From: Octopus sinensis
Lineage: Eukaryota
Direction of reading: 5' to 3'
DNA length: 64,000 bases
NCBI RefSeq assembly: GCF_006345805.1
Contig: NC_043005.1
Location: forward strand, 83,204,001-83,268,000
The notes beneath the pieces are model-generated. The model was not told the DNA's origin and did not search any database. It saw only the letters and a list, made by a program, of their open reading frames with translations. Below are positions 1 through 12,819 of this stretch, one piece after another. The first letter of the stretch is position 1. The number at the start of each line of letters is the position of its first letter. The position numbers and the translations under genes were made by a program.

Positions 1-182
1 ACCAGGATTTACAAATATATACAACATACAGAAAATTGCACTACTAGGCACTGCACACATCCTACGTAAAACACCTTCAATGCAGTAACCATAAGAGCAT
101 CACAACAAACCACAGCACATATCCAAGGCACACAGATCTGCGCTCGGTAGTGATGTGAAAGCACGATATAAAAATAAAACTA

Positions 183-185
<3 letters not shown>
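1..185 (+). mobile_element. 3' end of an R4/Dong-clade (RLE) non-LTR retrotransposon: ORF C-terminus plus 3' UTR
   Basis: 2..88 translates PGFTNIYNIQKIALLGTAHILRKTPSMQ*. The QK.A.LGTA.ILRK motif is the typical C-terminus of R4/Dong/Rex6 ORFs. About 97 nt of UTR follows and runs straight into (TAA)n. Confidence 0.75.

Positions 186-242
<57 letters not shown>
186..242. repeat. (AAT)n microsatellite shared as tail by the Dong-like element and an opposite-strand SINE
   Basis: Perfect AAT run. Confidence 0.95.
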
Positions 243-451
243 CCTTTCTACTATAGGCAAGGGCCTGAAATTTGGGGGAGGGGACTAGTAGATTACATCG
301 ATCCAGTGTTTCACTGGTACATAATTTATCGATCCCGAAAAGATGAAAGGCAAAGTTGACCTCGGCGGAATTTGAACTCAGAACTTAGCGAGAGACGAAA
401 TACCACTAAACATTTTGTCCGGCCTACTAACGGTTCTGCCAACTCACCGCC

Positions 452-453
<2 letters not shown>
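243..453 (-). mobile_element. tRNA-derived SINE, family A (full length)
   Basis: Minus strand reads AAGGCGGTGAGTTGGCAGAACCGTTAG (A-box-like head), GAGTTCAAATTCC (B box) and central TTGCCTTTCATC.TTTCGGG.TCGATAAA. (ATT)n lies on both sides; there are many homologues in the window. Confidence 0.85.
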
Positions 454-522
<69 letters not shown>

Positions 523-545
523 ACAACAACAATAACAACATCAAC
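454..545. repeat. (AAT)n grading into (AAC)n
   Basis: Direct reading; explains the poly-N and poly-L ORFs. Confidence 0.95.
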
Positions 546-1024
546 AAGTATAATGATTAGTTTTATTGGCCAAAATGACCAAGATATTGAATACAATATA
601 AAGGGACGAAATAAAGAGAGGAATTTAATTCCGAGTGTAAAAGACCAGAACCAAAGAAGCAAGAGACATTTTCCTGTGCTCTAATGCTTCTGCTAGCTCG
701 CCATCTTTCTGGCAGACATACAACACAAGAGTAGTATCACAACACTTCAACAACCCGATATACATATCTCAGATTACTGTGACTCTACCTCCCTATAATT
801 ATTTACTGTTTCACCTGTAAGCTCTGCAAGTCAGAATACGTCCTTGAAACTAGAGAGCGGTTAAGTTTATTATTGACAATCAAGGTTATTATTTAACTGA
901 ACGCCTCTTCAGAACAACATCCAGGACAACATAAATTATTTTCCAAACCGATGTCTACATATTTCAGTTTGCTTGGACCGCTTAATGAACCACCTGTGAA
1001 CCACCTGTTTTTGGTATATTTACG

Positions 1025-1387
1025 TAGGCGCAGGAGTGGATGTGTGGTAAGTAGCTTGCTTACCAACCACATGGTTCCGGGTTCAGTCCCATTGCGTGGA
1101 ACCTTGGGCTAGTATCTTCTACTATAGCCTCGGGCCAACCAAAGCCTTGTGAGTGGATTTGGTAGACGGAAACTGAAAGTAGCCCGCCGTGTGTGTGTGT
1201 GTTTGTCCCCCCACCATAGCTTGACAACCGATGCTGATGTTTACGTCCCGGTAAATTAGCGGTTCGGCAAAAGAGACCGATAGATTAAGTATTTGGTTTA
1301 CAAAGAATAAATTCTGGGGTCGATTTGTTCGACAAAAGCGGCGCGCCAGCATGACCTCTGTCAAATGACTGAAACAAATAAAAGAGA
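1025..1387 (+). mobile_element. tRNA-derived SINE, family B (full length, central GT microsatellite)
   Basis: TAGGCGCAGGAGTGG.TGTGTGGTAAG head, GGTTCAGTCCC B box, ACCTTGGGC CORE-like stretch, internal (GT)n and AAAGAG-type tail. Homologous to 24497-24908 and 50365-50770. Confidence 0.85.
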
Positions 1388-1577
1388 CTACATATAAGTA
1401 AGTGTACACAATGTATGTATATGATTTTACTGCTACTGACTTCGAAGGTTCTCAAAGAAATTCAATAAAATTATTGAAAATGTCAGCGACCACACTTGAT
1501 TTGAGTAAATTGTCCAGAAAAGTAAACAACTAGAGACAGAGGCAGGTGAGGGGACAATAGTTTCATTGTCAGGAAGA

Positions 1578-1616
1578 GTCTTTGACGTTTCAAGCCTGCT
1601 CTCTTCTACAGAAAGG
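1578..1616 (-). ncRNA. degenerate type-I hammerhead-like motif (PLE pLTR relic)
   Basis: Minus: CTTT-CTGTAGAA-GAGAGCAGGCTT-GAAAC-GTC-AAAG. Helix I is CTTT/AAAG; the core departs from CUGANGA. Same family as 12549-12584. Confidence 0.4.
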
Positions 1617-1689
1617 AATGGGAAAAGAAAACAAATGGAGAAGGAAAAACTGTAAGAGGAAAACGTGTCTGGATTGACGGTTGAACATG

Positions 1690-1700
1690 TTATATATATA

Positions 1701-1769
<69 letters not shown>

Positions 1770-1845
1770 CATACATACATACATACATACAAATATATAT
1801 ATAAATATGTGTGTGTGCAAGCACATTTCCACTTATACGCGTGCT

Positions 1846-1915
<70 letters not shown>
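1690..1915. repeat. compound microsatellite (TA)n-(GA)n-(TACA)n-(TAGA)n
   Basis: Direct reading. Confidence 0.95.
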
Positions 1916-2360
1916 CAAATATATGTGTATATGTGTTTTGTGCGTGTATGTGTGTGTGTGTGTGTATGAGAGAAAGAGAAAGAGAGAGAGAGTAAACCAT
2001 AAAAAATGCAGACCGGATTATATTATTTCCAATATCCCCAATATCAGAGTCGTCGATGGTGGCAGCCTAAATCACATATACAAGGAACAGCGTTAGAAAT
2101 GTTTAAACAATTTCGATCGATTTCCAAATTCAATAATAACATTTCCATTTTTATATTAACAGATAATCTCATGCGAGAGCCACAATTAAAGAGTTAGACG
2201 ATTCACAGAAGATAAGCTAATTGACTGCAATGTGCTGAATGGACCAATTGTGTTTTGCTTATTATCTATAGCGGTTCTGACGTTAAACTAATTAAACCTC
2301 TTTTAAAATCTTCTGACATGTATTTAAAGTATGACGCCAACTGAAATAAAAATTTCTTTC

Positions 2361-2615
2361 TGCGGGAAGCCTAGTGGTTAGGGTGTTGCGCTCACGATCT
2401 TACGATTGTGGTTTCGATTTCTGGATTGGGTAGTGCGTTTTGTTCTTGAGCAAAAGACTTCATTTCACGTTGCTCATCTCTACTCAGCTAGGAATGAGTT
2501 ACAGCAATAGCTGTAAAATTAGTTCTGCGACGGACTGTCATCCTGTTCAGGGGCAGGGTTCTAGTCTTAGTCATTTATACGCCATAGAAAATGGTTAAAC
2601 TCCGGCCTCATGACA
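2361..2615 (+). mobile_element. degenerate tRNA-derived SINE, family C
   Basis: GCCTAGTGGTTAGGG A box, GGTTTCGATT B box and central TTGAGCAAAAGACTTCATTTCACGTTGCTC, shared with 39224, 43690, 46204 and 48995. Confidence 0.65.
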
Positions 2616-3029
2616 AATCTGTCTAAGTCATCTCCGACTGCATGCTACTCTACAACACATATATGTTAGTGATCAGTAATATAATCCATTTTCCTATAAG
2701 AGCACCAAGGAAATTAATGTAAGATTATTGTGGTTATTACCTAATCCCTCTAGTGCCAGTCATCTCGGACGAAGTCATTCTTCTCTAAGTCTTACTAAAA
2801 GAAATTACGTACTGGCGAATGTCTCGGTTAGAGCAGTGAGCAAATCCAACACACAGATGAAGTCAGTGAGGGTGGTGTCTCCATAATCAGGAAACGAGAA
2901 TGATCTGACATGGTCCGGTGATTATAATATATTCATCAAACAATGGTTGCTAGAATTAAATTGATCTGTTTAATTTGCACAACAATAAAAGTTTTAGCAA
3001 AGCGAATTAATCGATTATAATAGAACGCC

Positions 3030-3600
3030 GAGACTATAACGAAGAGCTGGACAAGAGCCCAACGAAGGGAAACAACGCAACGTTCGACAAGATTTACAAA
3101 AGGATCTGAAACAATCATCTGAGAATAGACGCAAAGATAAACGTGTACAGAACCATTGTGCTAACCACCTTCTTGTATGAATTGTGAGTAACTGACCGTC
3201 ACCATGCGCAACTTCTTCAATGCTTCCACAGTACTTCGTTCGCACTATCCACTGGAAAAACGTCGTTATCAACAGTAAAGTCCTCGGCTAGCCAGACGTT
3301 ACCAAATAGCAGGTATGCTGTTAATGAAGAAGCTGCACTAAGTTGGGTGTTTCCAGGATGGAGTTTCATCGACTGCCTGAGATTTTGGTCTGTGGCAATG
3401 TCTCCAATAACCACCGAGACAAAAGGGCACCGACGAAGAAGTATAATCACTCAGTGAAGGAAACCGATCGGTCAATGTCACACTAAACAACCCCAGTGTT
3501 TTCTCGCCCCAACAGTGAGGTCAAGAGACATACCTATAGTTTGTCTCACTTCGAGAATGCTTGTAAAGCTGGTCTTGTAAAAAAAATAGCGGAAGAATTA
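3030..3600 (+). mobile_element. RTE-clade LINE, degenerate 3' ORF fragment
   Basis: Frameshifted translation FDKIYKRI*NNHLRIDAKINVYRTIVLTTFLY...HAQLLQCFH...IHWKN...VSRMEFHRLPEILVCG...RDKRAPTKKY follows the RTE post-RT region (KIKVYRAIVLTTLLY...RMEDHRLPK). Confidence 0.75.
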
Positions 3601-3897
3601 CGTGCTTAACGGCGCTGAAACAAACCAGAAACTGTGGCTAAGCTTGTTTGCTATATAATGATCACCTATAACAGTGTTATTTGATTATCTGTCTGAATTT
3701 CTAATGGATATCTTACATGTTTCTAATAAATGTACAACTTTTTAACTTCTGTTAGCAAATGAAACATATGTAATGGTAAATAAAAATACCGAAAGTTTTT
3801 TTTTTCCTATCTGCTGTTTTGATATGTAATTTCTCTGTAAAAACTATTTACTAGAATTTTCAACTCTTATGCATACCTCTCACAAATATAACAACTA

Positions 3898-5180
3898 CAG
3901 GGGCTGGACGAAATAATGGAAACACCTTAAAGTTTCAAACAAATTTATTTTAATATGGGGTTGAACCGCCTTTGGCAGTAATTACAGCTTGAATTCTACG
4001 AGGTATTGACTCGTACAAAGTTGGAATTACTTCCAAAGAAATTTTTGTCCATTCTTCAGCTAAAACAGTCTCCAGTTCTTGTAGTGATGATGGTGGAAAA
4101 TATCGACTCCTTACATGTTTTTTTTTCTATAATGCACTATAAATGTTCAATAATATTGAGATCTTGGGTCTGTGGTGGCCAGATAAGATGTTCAACTTCA
4201 TGAGAATATTCATCGTGCCATTCAGTAACAACTTTAGCTGTGTGAATTGGTGCATTATTGGTGCATTATTAGTGAATTGGTGCGTTCACCTCCGGAAACA
4301 GTTCTGCAACCATAGGATGAATTTGATCAGACAAAATGCTTAAATAGTCTTGACGTTTAATTCTGCTATGAAAGGAAACTATTGGGCCGGCAGATTTCCA
4401 AGATATAGCTCCCCCACCCCCGATCATCACAGATCCTCCACCATGTTTTACAGTTGGAAGAAGGCAGTCTAGGTCAAATGCTTCTTTTGGCTGTCTCTAC
4501 CCGTATACTCGGCCGGTGATCGGAAATAGGCTAAAGAATGACTCGTCCGAGAAAATAACATTCTTTCGCTGCTCTAGGGACCAATTATGTAGATTTTTAC
4601 TCCAATCTAAACGCTTTACAACGTATGTTTTTGAAAGTAGTGGTTTTCTGATTGCAGCTCTCCCCTGAAATCCGGCTTTGTGCAGCACCCGGGGACGTTT
4701 TTGTGGAAACTGGGTTCTCGAGGTAGTCATTAAGCTCTGCAGCAATTTTGGGAGCTGTACTTTTGTGATCCTTTCTAACAATTCGTGTAAGAGTCCGATG
4801 GTCCCTATCTGAAAGCTTTGGTTTTCTTCCGGCGGAGTTTTGTTTCGACGAGGACTCTTTCTCAAAGGTAGTAATTACTTTCGATGCAGTACTTCTTGAA
4901 AGACCAAACATTTTGGCTGTTTTTTGTTACGCTAGCGCCTGCCATACGAGCACCAACAATTTGACCTCTTTGAAAGTCCGATAGATCTGTCATTTAAATG
5001 AATTTTAAATACCCTTTTCTGATGATATCTGAAAAGGAACAGCAATTTTAGCAAAACATATTAAGCAACGCTAATAATAAATTAAAACATAAAAATAAAC
5101 AAGCTTTTGACAGTTTTATAGATATTTCAAAATTACGATGCTTTGATGCTAGGTGCTTCTACTATTTTGTCCAACCCCTG
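3898..5180 (-). mobile_element. Tc1-family (DD34E) DNA transposon, full length, defective
   Basis: TIRs CAGGGG(C/T)TGGAC(G/A)AAAT at 3898 and 5164-5180. TA on both sides (3896-97, 5181-82); 1283 bp. Confidence 0.95.
3950..4993 (-). pseudogene. Tc1 transposase pseudogene
   Basis: MTDLSDFQRGQIVGARMAG...GRKPKLSDRD...RKPLLS...VIFSDES...PTVKHGGGSVMI...NAPIHTAK...WPPQTQDLNIIEH...KGGSTPY*. Several frameshifts; the second catalytic D region is replaced by a short AATGCACCAAT duplication. Confidence 0.9.
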
Positions 5181-5553
5181 TACGTTCAACTCTGGAGTAC
5201 TGGAATAAGCATATGCGCTTTTATATATATATGTTTGTGTGTGTGTACAAACGCATACACACACACACATATATATATACATTTATTTATGTATATATAT
5301 ATATATATTATATATATATATATATACATATACACACATAGATACATAGATAGATACATATATATAAACACACACACTTATACAGAGATAATCATATATA
5401 CAGATGTAGAGATATAAATATAAGGCGTTTAAATATAAGTATATGAATTAATTGATTGATATGTAAATATATATATATAAACAGGTATTTTAATATGCTG
5501 CCACATTTTTTTATGGAAATTTTTCTGTAAAAAAACTTCATCCTATATTAGTA

Positions 5554-5590
<37 letters not shown>

Positions 5591-5792
5591 CACAATTAAA
5601 GGTTACAAACCTCATTCAGGGATAGCAAAATCCTATGAAAGTACTGGTTAACTACCTAGACAAAGAGTATTGAATATTATATTTAATAGTCCACTGCAAG
5701 GCAACTATACAATCCGTGGTTTATATATATTTTATTTATTATAATAAGGTGAGAGAATAGAAAGGTAATTAATCATTATTTATTAATTTAAT

Positions 5793-6100
5793 AATTGCCA
5801 AACATCCCTTACAACTGTTTCAATCAGGCTGCCAGAAAATTAATTAATTAAATTTAAATTTATTTGTAAGTCGTATCTCTTCAGAGGTAGATAAAGGTAT
5901 ACAAAGTAGGTGTTCAATTTCCTCATATTGAGTAAACGGCTGTAAACCGGTTTGCAGACGTTTACTCAATATGAGAAAATTGAACACCCACTTAGGATAA
6001 CTTTATCTACATCTGAAGAGATACGACTTTCAAATAATTTTAAATATAACTAATTTTCTGACAGCCTGAATTGAAACAGCTGTAAGGGATATTTGTCATT
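5793..6100. repeat. about 308-bp foldback (inverted repeat) element with a hammerhead-like motif in each arm
   Basis: Arms pair around centre AAACCGGTTT (5944-5953). The right arm has CTGAAGA (6013-19) ... GAAAC-AGCT-GTA (6073-84); the left arm carries the mirror copy. Confidence 0.85.
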
Positions 6101-6219
6101 TTTTTAATTAAGAAATAATAATTTATTTATTACCTTTCTATTCTCTCATCTTATTATTATAATAAATAATATATATATAATAAATATATATATAATAAAT
6201 ATATATATATATATATATA

Positions 6220-6305
<86 letters not shown>

Positions 6306-6873
6306 TATCAAATATATATGCACATTATGAGAACATAACTAGCGATGATAAATGATATAATGTTACAGGTTTAAAGTGTTAAAAAGTGTTTCTAATGTAG
6401 TGTGAGCATTTTACTCAAAGTTCACACGGTTTATTGACATTTCCAGTTAGCTAACATGCTTTGAATATTTTCTACCCAATCTTTCACCTCTAAGCATTTA
6501 TATTAACATATACGTTGTAATTTAGTTAAATAAAATCGACTCATTTGAATTAGTGAATACTAGGAGTAGTTAATATATATTGGATATTTATTATTACTTG
6601 TTAAGTCACCACTTACATTTTCTCTGTCCATCAATTAACATGTAACATTATATCGTTTATTATTCTTAGTTATGTATCCTTAATTATATTTATATTTTTA
6701 TATCTATATGCCTGTATATATGTTTATATCTGTGTATATATGCACGCGCGTATGTGTGCGCGTGTGTATAAATGTGATGTGTCTATATACATAAATATAT
6801 ATATGTTTGTGAGAGTGTTTGCGTGTGTACATGTGTGTACACACGTAAATGAATGTACCCGTGAGTGTCTACG

Positions 6874-6921
<48 letters not shown>

Positions 6922-6939
6922 GTTTATGAATTGTGTTGC

Positions 6940-7090
6940 AAGATTTCTGATGTGAAACTGTGTGGTGAAACAGATATTGTTGTATTTCGGGATGGTCATG
7001 AGTTAAAATAAAATAGTAATTAACGAGTGATGAAGAAGTGAATATATAGTGTGTTTATTTGGGGGAAAAATGACCATCCCGAAATACAAA
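6940..7090. mobile_element. short inverted-repeat element (same family as 31680-32050)
   Basis: Perfect 18-bp inverted repeat GTATTTCGGGATGGTCAT (6982-6999 / 7070-7087). Interior 6998-7055 matches 31878-31930. Confidence 0.55.
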
Positions 7091-7117
7091 ACACACAACA
7101 CACACACACACACACAC

Positions 7118-7166
<49 letters not shown>

Positions 7167-8002
7167 TTATTACAATGACGCACTCCAGATGAATGGTAAC
7201 AGTAATCCGTAGGTGTAAATATATATATATATACATATGTACATGTGTGTGTGCGCGTTAGTTTATGTGTATGTAAATGTGTATATAATAATGGCACAAA
7301 TACGAGTGGGAAGGGATGAACGTTGCTGAGTGATGTTCGATGTCGGTGATCAGTGAACTCCTTCAAATGTCTCCTTCGACTAAGAATATACCTTCTAAGG
7401 TTTTCATGACAACTCCCGGCAATGCCATTTCTATTGATTCATAGATTATTCGGCGTCATTGTTAAACGAGAAACTAATTTAGATAAGTGAATTTAAATTG
7501 TATACTTATATGAAGTCTCTCTTTCTAATGTGTCTGTTTTAAAGGAACCCAAATTATCCTGTATATTCGAATGTAAAACTTAAATGAGTCACTAGTCCAG
7601 CGAGTGTTGGCTATATCCGGATCGATGTTTAAAATCTTACCTGTTTAAAATTTTACCTGATGCTAGTGAATTATATATTATGGTATAATCTTTTATGACG
7701 ACATTAAGCAAATAATGTTCTATCGAAACATCTTTCGTAGATTTTAAACACCATTTGTGTTTACATTTTATACCTACGACACACCATGGACGCACCATTG
7801 AGTCTGTAGTGACGCCATTTTGGAAATCTTCAAGTTGGATCAATGATTTCAATTGGATTTAGTACTTGCATACCCTACCAACAACACTTGACGTATTCAA
7901 TATTTTCTATTTCACAGTGAGGTCTATGTTATCGTACTTAGCCACTTTTGGCAAAGTACGAAAACAGTTGAAATGCCTTGATTCCTATGAATCCATATAA
8001 CA

Positions 8003-8030
8003 AAATTATACATACATATATATATATATC

Positions 8031-8062
<32 letters not shown>

Positions 8063-8131
8063 CCACAAACGCACGCACACACATATATTATATATATGTA
8101 TGTACATATATATTATGCATATATTTATATA

Positions 8132-8170
<39 letters not shown>

Positions 8171-8694
8171 GTCTCCCCAGATTTGAACATACCTCCACAG
8201 CTAATTACATTTAGTTTTCCTCGGAGGTATATATCATATACATACCTAATAAAGACAATAGACAAATGAAATAAATACACAAGTATACATTACTGTACAT
8301 ATTTCTGTGTGTATCATTTCTGTATCTGTCTATGTATGTCTGAATGTATATATTTCCTTGGGAATGTGTGAGAGTATATGTGTTTATGTGTATGGGGTAA
8401 GTGTGTGAATAAATATAATATAATATATATATATGTATGTATATATATATATACATACATACATATATACATACATGTACATATATATATATATACATAC
8501 ATGTACATATAGATATGTATATATATATATATATTTACATATATATATAAATATATATACAATATATGTATATATATATACATACATATATATATACATA
8601 TATATGTGTGTATATGTATATAATAATATATATATATATATCTATATAATATATATACATATATATGCATATATATGTATATATATTATATGTG

Positions 8695-8750
<56 letters not shown>

Positions 8751-8869
8751 CATACACACACATATGCAGCCATATATGTGCGTTTGTGTGTATGCATTTG
8801 TGAAGGAACGTATGAATGTACATCATTATATACATTATTTATGCAGAAGCATATATATGTGTGTGTGTG

Positions 8870-8907
<38 letters not shown>

Positions 8908-9003
8908 ATATTTATAAAGACACATATATATGTACGTACGTATGTATGTATGTATGTATGTATGTATGTATGTATGTATGTATGTATGTATGTATGTATG
9001 TAT
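8003..9003. repeat. degenerate (TA)n/(TG)n/(TATG)n low-complexity tract
   Basis: Direct reading; source of many spurious YI/CV ORFs. Confidence 0.9.
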
Positions 9004-9932
9004 AGGCGATAAAGATAGCGAGAGTAATTCATTTACTACACGTCTGTTTAACATTACTTTGAGAGTGGAAAAATCGATAAAACACCTCAAATGAAAATTT
9101 ATTGTTAAAATTTTTTTGAACATATACTTTTTAGACGTAAATGAAAAACGCTTCCACTATCAAAATGTCTGATACATATTTCTTCTCGTTACTTATTATT
9201 TTTGTTGATATATTTTTTTTATTTTACTTCGTCTTGACTGATAATCTACCGAAGTATTTCATTGGTCACAAATCTTCTAAACAGGATATATTCTCCAATA
9301 AATAAAATGGGTTAAAACTGAATTGTAGTTTAGATATTTTATACTTTATAAAACAACAGATCCGATCGATATTACATGATTACAATAAAACGTTGAGGCG
9401 TATGTATGTATGTATGTATGTATATATATATATATGTATGTATGTAGTGTTAAGAGATATTAGTCGTGTCTTCACAAAGAGAGGAAAAGAATATGTTAGT
9501 AGCTTTATGAAAAAAACATTATCTTCTTACTTTGCTGTCTCTATAAGTTGACGTCTTGATGTAAGCGACTGTTTTAAACAGATACATAACTTCACAAAAC
9601 AAGTTACGTATCAATGTAAATCCACCTCGAAAATTTGAGTAACTTTGAATAGGTCACATAATATATCCACCGTAACAAAAATTTATTATTACAGACAAGT
9701 CGGAGCTTATAGTTTCATGAAAATGGTTGTGTATCAGACATATATGTGACGAGTTTGTGCGCGTGCGAATGGTGTGTGCATGTACCTTATAATACTAGAC
9801 ATATGATAAAATATTATATAACATTATATGCACATGCATACATATATTAAGGTGGTGCCCCAGCATGACCACAGTCTAATGACTGAAACAAGTAAAAAAT
9901 AGAAAAAATAGAATATATGTATATAAATATGT

Positions 9933-9986
<54 letters not shown>

Positions 9987-10320
9987 ATTTATATGTATAT
10001 ACAACCAAAATGTAACAGATATCATAAACATATATATATATATATATATCTATATATATAATATATATATATATAATATATATACATATATATACATATA
10101 TACATATATACACACACACACACGCATACACACGAGTGAGTGGACAAACGAAAGAAGGGCACTCAACAAATATATTGGGAGTTGCATGTATGGATCAAAA
10201 CAGTTTGATCCCTATATGTATAGATATATATAATATAGATGTTCCTGTTTTCGTTCTTGTATACATTCGTTTGCCATTCCCAGAGGCTTAATGCTTTTAG
10301 CTTAAGTCCCTGGCAGCCGC

Positions 10321-10409
10321 CGGATTCGAGGAGTATGGGCGATAAGGGGGCGAAACTACAAGGACATTCCAGACTCCGACTGATGAGGAAATCGGTTTCG
10401 AATGATCCG
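10321..10409 (+). ncRNA. hammerhead-ribozyme-like fold (type III topology), probably degenerate
   Basis: CTGATGA 10380-86; stem II GGAAATCGGTTTC; GAA 10400-02 followed by T instead of A. GGAGT(10330-34) pairs with ACTCC(10373-77) and CGGATT(10321-26) with GATCCG(10404-09). Confidence 0.35.
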
Positions 10410-10497
10410 TATATCTTGTTTTCGTCCTGATCGCCGTTTGTCGTGCTATTGTCTATTTTTCCGCATAATGTGTTCTTTCTGTCCTACCTTTGATAAG

Positions 10498-10785
10498 TTG
10501 TTGTTGTTTGTTCATTCTCGAGCCATGTCTAGCTTATAAGGGCTTATCCCCGGTTTCACTGGCGTATAGGTTCCCCACTTGGACGGGACGCAGGTCTATC
10601 GTAGAAAAAAGTGGAAGAAAGTTGTGGTGAAAGAGTCAGCAGAAGTTCGCCATTATCTTCTGCCGGAGCGGCGTGTAGCTTAGGTTTTTCGCTCATAAAC
10701 ACACACATCGCCCGGCCTGAGATTCGAAACGGTGATCCCTCGACCCCGAGTCCACTGCTCTAACCATTAGGCCATGTACTTCCAC
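10498..10785 (-). mobile_element. tRNA-derived SINE, family D, (AAC)n tail
   Basis: Minus head GTGGAAGTACATGGCCTAATGGTTAGAGC (A box), GTTTCGAATC (B box); ends CTCGAGAATGAACAAACAACAAC. Confidence 0.75.
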
Positions 10786-10807
10786 ACACACACGCATATT
10801 CTTTTCG

Positions 10808-10970
10808 TATTTCTTTATTGCCCACAAGGGGCTAAACACAGGAGGGTGGGGCAAACAAGGACAGACAAAGAAATTAAGTCGATTACATCGACCCCAGCGC
10901 GTAACTGGTACATAATTTATCGACCCCGAAAGGATGAAAGGCAAAGTCGACCTTGGTGGAATTTGAACTT
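10808..10970 (-). mobile_element. SINE family A, 5'-truncated, young 3' variant
   Basis: Central domain plus 3' end TTTAGCCCCTTGTGGG..TAAAGAAATA shared with 14832-15066. Confidence 0.8.
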
Positions 10971-11437
10971 TCTAGTTCACTTATTGATCATTCCTCTTAT
11001 ATATATATATAGACATACACACTCACTCACACGCATATATATATTTATGTGTGTGCGTGTGTATGTATGTGTTGCCTGTCATATCGCAGGTAACTTTGGT
11101 ATACTTTTACCTCTGTGATTAATATCAGGAAATATTGCACACATAATTAGACTTTTATCAAATTTCTTGGCGCATTCGCAAAATGATGAAATGAATACAA
11201 ATTTTCAAAATAAAAATATTTATGACCTTAAAATAAAATTAAATAAAACAACTTTCTCGTGTGTATATTTGTAATAAATACATGATATTAGTTTTTAAAA
11301 TTTTATCAACATAATCGCAGTCTGCTGCGCCGAAATCTGATATCTGCAAAATTTCATTAAAAAAAATGTGTATTTTCCAGAAAGTCATGACTTTCTTCTT
11401 GCATCTCTTATATGAACTCTCTCTCACTCTCTCTCCC

Positions 11438-11472
<35 letters not shown>

Positions 11473-11842
11473 ATCTCTAACTATCTATCTCACTTTGTCT
11501 CACTCTATATGATGTAAAGCATGACTGGGGAGATCAATCTCATAAACCAACATCTATTTCGGATATCTATCTATCTATCTATCTATCTATCATTAATAAT
11601 GATAGAAGCAGTATTAATATCAAATGGCAATCTTGATCTCCAACTTACCGTGGAGGTTGTGTTAGAACACAAAATACTTATTTCTTTGAGAAGATCCTTC
11701 ATAAGGTCTCGGGGTTCATAAAAGCACTCATTATATCGTTGTTTTATTTCATATAATATATATATATGTATGTATGTATATATATATATATATATATATA
11801 GATATATTATATATATATATATTATTATATATATATATATAT

Positions 11843-11904
11843 GCTGGCAGAAACGTGAGCACGCCGGGCGAAATGCTTAGCGATATTTCGTCTGTCTTTC
11901 CGTC
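11843..11904 (+). mobile_element. SINE family A 5' fragment
   Basis: GCTGGCAGAAACGTGAGCACGCCGGGCGAAATGCTTAGCG matches the family A head. Confidence 0.7.
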
Positions 11905-12294
11905 CAAAGTATACATGTAGATAGATATATAGATAGATAAAGAGAGGAAGAGAGAGTGAGAGAGCGACATATATAAAAATACATATATATATATACACAC
12001 ACACACAAAAGAATGACTTCACTGGTTTGTACATCTAATAGAGTGTACATCTAAATGTAAAGCCGGAAGAAATGTTGCTAAGCATGTTGTCCGACATGCT
12101 GACGAATCTACCAGTTCTCCGAGTTAAGCGCGGTGAATAAAAAATATAAGATTGGAATGCAGTAAAAAAAAAGCAGAAATTTTGCTTATATATATTTGTG
12201 TTTGTGTGTGTGTGTGTGTGGTGTGTGTGTGTGTGTGTGTGTGTGTCTGTGTGTGTGTGTGTGCGTGCGTGTGTGTGTGTGTGTGTCTGTCTGT

Positions 12295-12442
12295 ATACGA
12301 CGGGCTTCTGTCAGTTTCCCTCTACCAAATCCACTCACTAAGCTTTGGTCGGCCCGAGGCTATAGTAGAAGCCACGCAGTGGGACTGAACCCGGAACCAT
12401 GAGGTTGGTACGCAAGCTACTTACCACACAGCCACTCCTGCG
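12295..12442 (-). mobile_element. SINE family B, 5' half ending at a (GT)n tract
   Basis: Matches the head to GAAGCCCGTCGTAT, with a short internal deletion; abuts (GT)n 12200-12290. Confidence 0.8.
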
Positions 12443-12454
12443 CTTATATATATA

Positions 12455-12645
12455 TAGGGGGAGAGTTCACGAAAAAAACAAAATACAGAGACAGGTGGTG
12501 TACAAAACAAACAGATGTATTAGTATAACGCTCAGGAATTGAAAAAGTCTTTTACGTTTCGAGCCTACGCTCTTTTACAGAAAGGGACACAGAAAAAAAA
12601 CAAGGAGAGAAAAAATGTGGGTTGTGGCTATCGATCTATCATGGC
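12455..12645 (-). mobile_element. Penelope-like terminal repeat relic with hammerhead-like motif
   Basis: 12549-12584 minus: CTTT-CTGTAAAA-GAGC-GTAG-GCTC-GAAAC-GTA-AAAG. Helices I and II pair perfectly; the core is degenerate. Confidence 0.5.
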
Positions 12646-12819
12646 GACTGATATATATATTATATTATATATATATATTAATATAATATATATTAATATA
12701 TATATATTATATATATATATATATATATACTATATATATATACATAATTATAGATACAATATATATTTATATATATATATAATATATATATGAGATATAT
12801 ATAGTATATATATATATTC

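Noticed and set aside
11642-11750. Minus frame EIKQRYNECFYEPRDLMKDLLKEIS resembling an annexin repeat, with a CG|GTAAGT donor
   Set aside because: No usable acceptor upstream (it runs into (TA)n), and the downstream residues do not continue the annexin pattern.
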